A stretch of DNA of 64,000 nucleotides from Candidatus Hydrogenedentota bacterium (GTDB lineage: Bacteria; Hydrogenedentota; Hydrogenedentia; Hydrogenedentales; SLHB01), in contig JARKSN010000316.1 in the NCBI GenBank assembly GCA_029974275.1, forward strand, positions 1-64,000, given 5' to 3'. The notes under the pieces were generated by a model that was not told the origin of the DNA, did no database searches, and saw only the letters and a program-made list of their open reading frames with translations. Position 1 is the stretch's first letter. Every line of letters begins with the position of its first letter. Positions 60,683 to 64,000 of this stretch are shown here, piece after piece. A program made the translations under genes and the position numbers.

Positions 60683-61708
60683 TCAGAACAGTGCAGTCTG
60701 CTGCGGCGCCTCGGGCGGTTTAAGGCCGATGTGGACGTATGCGCGGGGCGTGGCGACGCGGCCCTGCTGGGTGCGCTTGATGAACCCAACTTGGATCAGA
60801 AACGGCTCATGGACTTCTTCAAGCGTCTGGGATTCCTCGCCCACCGCAACGGCTAGCGAGGAGAGTCCCACCGGGCCGCCATTGAATTTCTCAATCAGTG
60901 TATGCAGGATGGCGCGATCCATGTCGTCCAACCCAAGTTCATCGACGCGCAACAACCGCAACGCAGCGTCCGCCATTTCCTGCGTGATGGCGCCCGTTCC
61001 CTTCACCTGTGCATAGTCGCGCACGCGCCGCAACAGGCGGTTTGCAATACGCGCCGTGCCACGCGACCGCGACGCAATCTCCAGCGCGCCGTCGGAATCG
61101 ATCGGCACATCGAGAATCCGTGCCGCACGAATAATGATCGCCTGCAACTCCTTCGGCGAATAGAACTCAAAACGGCACGTGTCGCCGAACCGCGCGCGCA
61201 ACGGCGGCGTTAGTAGCCCCGCCCGCGTCGTCGCGCCAATCAACGTGAACGGCTTCAACCCAATCTTCATCGAACGCGCCGTCGGCCCGCGCCCGAGCAA
61301 GATGTCCACCTCAAAATCCTCCATCGCCGAATACAGCGTTTCCTCGACGGCGTGGTTCAGGCGATGGATCTCGTCGATGAATAGAACGTCGTGCGCTTCA
61401 AGCCCCGTCAAGATCGCCGTCAGGTCCGCTTGCCGCTCGATGACCGGACCGGAAGTGGCCTTAAAGTCCACGCCCATCTCGTTCGCGAGAATACGTGCGA
61501 GCGTCGTCTTGCCCAGCCCCGGCGGGCCGTTCAGCAGCAGATGGTCGAGCGGCTCGTTGCGTCCCTTCGCCGCGAGAATCGCGATGCGCAGTTTTTCCTT
61601 GATCGGGTCCTGTCCCGGAAAATCCTCCAGCCGTTGCGGGCGGATCTGCTCGTCAAACACTGTCTCGTCCGACAGCGGTTTGGGATCGAGGACATCGTCC
61701 TGTGACAT
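60683..61708 (-). CDS. ruvB: Holliday junction branch migration helicase RuvB
   Basis: [56 protein letters not shown]. Confidence 0.98.
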   Translation of the reverse strand: MSQDDVLDPKPLSDETVFDEQIRPQRLEDFPGQDPIKEKLRIAILAAKGRNEPLDHLLLNGPPGLGKTTLARILANEMGVDFKATSGPVIERQADLTAILTGLEAHDVLFIDEIHRLNHAVEETLYSAMEDFEVDILLGRGPTARSMKIGLKPFTLIGATTRAGLLTPPLRARFGDTCRFEFYSPKELQAIIIRAARILDVPIDSDGALEIASRSRGTARIANRLLRRVRDYAQVKGTGAITQEMADAALRLLRVDELGLDDMDRAILHTLIEKFNGGPVGLSSLAVAVGEESQTLEEVHEPFLIQVGFIKRTQQGRVATPRAYVHIGLKPPEAPQQTALF

Positions 61709-61712
61709 GTGC

Positions 61713-62456
61713 TTACCTTTGTTTCCGGGCCCGAATACACAGAAAAACGGGGCGACGCCGTTCATCCAGCAACTCCGGCTGGGCGGCTTCCGCCTCGGGC
61801 GTTGCATGGGGTTCCAACAGACGATCAAGAACAAAGCCGTTGTCCGCCAACGCATTCACCCACGTGCCTATCGTGCGATGATATTTCACCACACCCCGCA
61901 CGATCCAGTCTATTTCACGCCGGCCTTCTTCATGATAATGGTCCAACGCCCAAAACAACCGCGTCCCGTTTTCGTCACAAAACCAGGACGAACCCCGCGG
62001 ATTCCGGGTCGCCGTCACAACGGGATGCTCGGTCGAAAACACCAACACGCCACCCGGCGCTAAGCAACGATGCACCCGAGCGAGCATCGCGCCAAGGTCC
62101 TCCACGTAATGAAACATGAGCGAACTCACGATCACGTCATACGCATGCTCTGGTTCATCCAACTCCTCGACGGCCTCCTGCCGAAACGACACGCCGTCAA
62201 GCCCGCGCGACGCCGCAACGACCAACATCCGTTCGGACAGGTCAATGCCAACCACCGATGCCGCGCCCTGCGCTCGCAGATATGCACACATCCCGCCCGT
62301 GCCGCATCCAAGGTCCAGTACCCGTCGCCCCGCCACGTCCGGCAACAACGAACGTACAGCGGGATCGTCGATGACAGTGTTGAAAGAGAGCGGATTTTCG
62401 CGTAATCGTGCGTACCCGTCGAAAAAGTCAGGGTTGTCGTAGATGTTTTGTTGCAT
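61713..62456 (-). CDS. Class I SAM-dependent methyltransferase
   Basis: [40 protein letters not shown]. Confidence 0.9.
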   Translation of the reverse strand: MQQNIYDNPDFFDGYARLRENPLSFNTVIDDPAVRSLLPDVAGRRVLDLGCGTGGMCAYLRAQGAASVVGIDLSERMLVVAASRGLDGVSFRQEAVEELDEPEHAYDVIVSSLMFHYVEDLGAMLARVHRCLAPGGVLVFSTEHPVVTATRNPRGSSWFCDENGTRLFWALDHYHEEGRREIDWIVRGVVKYHRTIGTWVNALADNGFVLDRLLEPHATPEAEAAQPELLDERRRPVFLCIRARKQR

Positions 62457-62516
62457 GTGGATAGCTCCTGCGAATGTCGCGAGGGACTCACGCCACGGGT
62501 TCAAGAAGCGGTACGC

Positions 62517-63119
62517 TCACACCTTCGCCATGGAGCGAAGCGCCGTTTTCAGAACATCTTCATCGGCGGCATCTGGCCCAAGTTTCTTGCGGGCGGATTG
62601 GGCGGCTCTTTTTGCCTCGCCGAGGGTGCAGCCGAGCGAACACAATGCGGCGACGACATCGTCCGTGTCGGCATCCTCTGCGCTTTCGGGCGCGCCGAGG
62701 ATGGCGTCGAGTTCGGCGTCCTGACCGAGTTTGGCCTTCATTTCGAGGACGATGCGTTGGGCCATCTTCTTGCCGATGCCGCTGATTTTGGTGAGCGCGG
62801 TGACGTCGTTCTGTTGCACGGCGCGCCCAAACTCTGCCACGCTCACGCCGGACAACACGGCCAGCGCGACCTTCGGTCCGACGCCTGTCACGCCGAGCAG
62901 CATGCGGAACAACGTCCGCTCGTCCTCGCGCAGGAAGCCGAAGATCTGGAACGCGTCCTCCCGGATGTAGCAGTGCGTCAATAGCGTGACGGTCTGGTCT
63001 TCAGTGACGCGCCGTTGCGTCGAGCCCGGCACCCAGACCTCATACCCCACGCCGCCGACGTCGAGTTCGACATGTGCTAGCGCTTTGCGCGCCACTGTAC
63101 CTCGTAGAAATGCAAACAT
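62517..63119 (-). CDS. ruvA: Holliday junction DNA-binding protein RuvA
   Basis: MFAFLRG, DVGGVGYEV, IREDAFQIFGF, GVGPKVAL, GIGKKMAQRIVLEMK. Confidence 0.97.
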   Translation of the reverse strand: MFAFLRGTVARKALAHVELDVGGVGYEVWVPGSTQRRVTEDQTVTLLTHCYIREDAFQIFGFLREDERTLFRMLLGVTGVGPKVALAVLSGVSVAEFGRAVQQNDVTALTKISGIGKKMAQRIVLEMKAKLGQDAELDAILGAPESAEDADTDDVVAALCSLGCTLGEAKRAAQSARKKLGPDAADEDVLKTALRSMAKV

Positions 63120-63157
63120 GACCGTATGGTAGCCAGGCGCACGCAGGAAGTCCAGCA

Positions 63158-63193
63158 GTGGAGGGGAAGCGGCTTGTGGAGGGGAAGCGGCTT
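63158..63193. repeat. Perfect 18-bp tandem duplication
   Basis: GTGGAGGGGAAGCGGCTT twice, between two divergent promoters. Confidence 0.9.
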
Positions 63194-63194
63194 G

Positions 63195-63223
63195 TTGACC
63201 GCCAAGGCGCGCGGAGATAGACT
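63195..63223 (+). promoter_or_regulatory. Sigma70-type promoter, probably leaderless
   Basis: TTGACC-N17-TAGACT, 5 nt before ATG 63229. Confidence 0.55.
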
Positions 63224-63228
63224 TAGGC

Positions 63229-64000
63229 ATGCGTCGTTTGTTGCTCCTATTCATGATGCTTGCGCCGTTCGTTGCGATGGCGGAGGAGATGGTCGCCAAT
63301 CCTGGCTTCGAGGACATCATTGGCGATATGCCGGCGCGTTGGCATATTTTTGTGCAGCCGATGGAAGGCGCTCACGGAGCGCTGGATGCCAAAGTCGCCC
63401 ATGAAGGCCGTTGTTCGATCCGCTTGCACAACCCGCGCCGCTACGAGAAAGAACCCGCCAACAATTGGAGCCAGAACATCATGCGCGGTTTGGGCGGACG
63501 CGTCCTGGTCGTCAAGGGATTCATCAGGACCCAGACCGCGACCGAGGCCTCCATTTGGCTTCAGTGCTGCAAGAAGAAACCTTGGACGGTCCTTAGCCTT
63601 TCGAGCACGGATGATGCGACGCCCATATACGGCACCCGTGACTGGGCCCCTGTGGAAATGCGCGTCGAGACGCCGGCCAACACGGAATGCTTGGTGGTGC
63701 GTTGCGTCCTGAAGGGGCAGGGCACGGCATGGTTTGACGACATCAGCGTTGAAGACGCAGGTCCCGCGCACGAATCCGCCCCCCCAACAACCAGCGAACC
63801 GCCATCCGCCGCCGCGGCCGCTTCGGACGGCTCCCTCTCGAACCCGGCGAAACCAAAAGTGGAACCCTTGATTCCGGTAGCGCCAATGCCGCCAAAGCAG
63901 CCGGAGCTTCCCGCCGTCCCTGAGGTGTCAGATGCGGCGGTTTCATGGACGAAACCGACTTCGCCGTTGGTTCCAATTCCGAAAAAGAAGTCGGAGGCTT
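63229..64000 (+). CDS. Exported protein with a galactose-binding-like (CBM4/9-type) domain and Pro-rich linker; runs off the window
   Basis: Not in the ORF track. Hand translation: MRRLLLLFMMLAPFVAMAEEMVANPGFE...AHEGRCSIRL...GTRDW...GTAWFDDISVE, then a P/A/S-rich stretch. Confidence 0.75.
   Translation, partial: MRRLLLLFMMLAPFVAMAEEMVANPGFEDIIGDMPARWHIFVQPMEGAHGALDAKVAHEGRCSIRLHNPRRYEKEPANNWSQNIMRGLGGRVLVVKGFIRTQTATEASIWLQCCKKKPWTVLSLSSTDDATPIYGTRDWAPVEMRVETPANTECLVVRCVLKGQGTAWFDDISVEDAGPAHESAPPTTSEPPSAAAAASDGSLSNPAKPKVEPLIPVAPMPPKQPELPAVPEVSDAAVSWTKPTSPLVPIPKKKSEA

Overview
GC-rich bacterial chromosome segment from a diderm organism (Pal and CpoB present). It probably spans the replication origin: dnaA sits beside four in-phase DnaA boxes at about 14.3 kb, where gene orientation also switches, and recF-dciA-gyrB/gyrA lie 10-18 kb away. 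The rest is mostly housekeeping genes (rpsT, queD/queE, thpR, nnrE, tRNA-Arg(CCG), pal/cpoB, photolyase, ruvA/ruvB) plus many exported or sugar-related proteins. Two accessory inserts stand out. The first is a BglII/BstYI-family type II restriction-modification pair between gyrB and gyrA. The second is a 10.3 kb minus-strand locus (38414-48724) encoding an oversized ECF-like sigma factor, a soluble putative anti-sigma factor, a CHAT (caspase-like) protease and a membrane-anchored repeat protein of about 2200 aa. This second locus is the best candidate for an undescribed protease-gated signalling or defence system; its CHAT/sensor junction looks broken by a deletion or frameshift. No CRISPR array, rRNA, integrase or transposase was seen. 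All family calls come from motif recognition by eye, not database searches.
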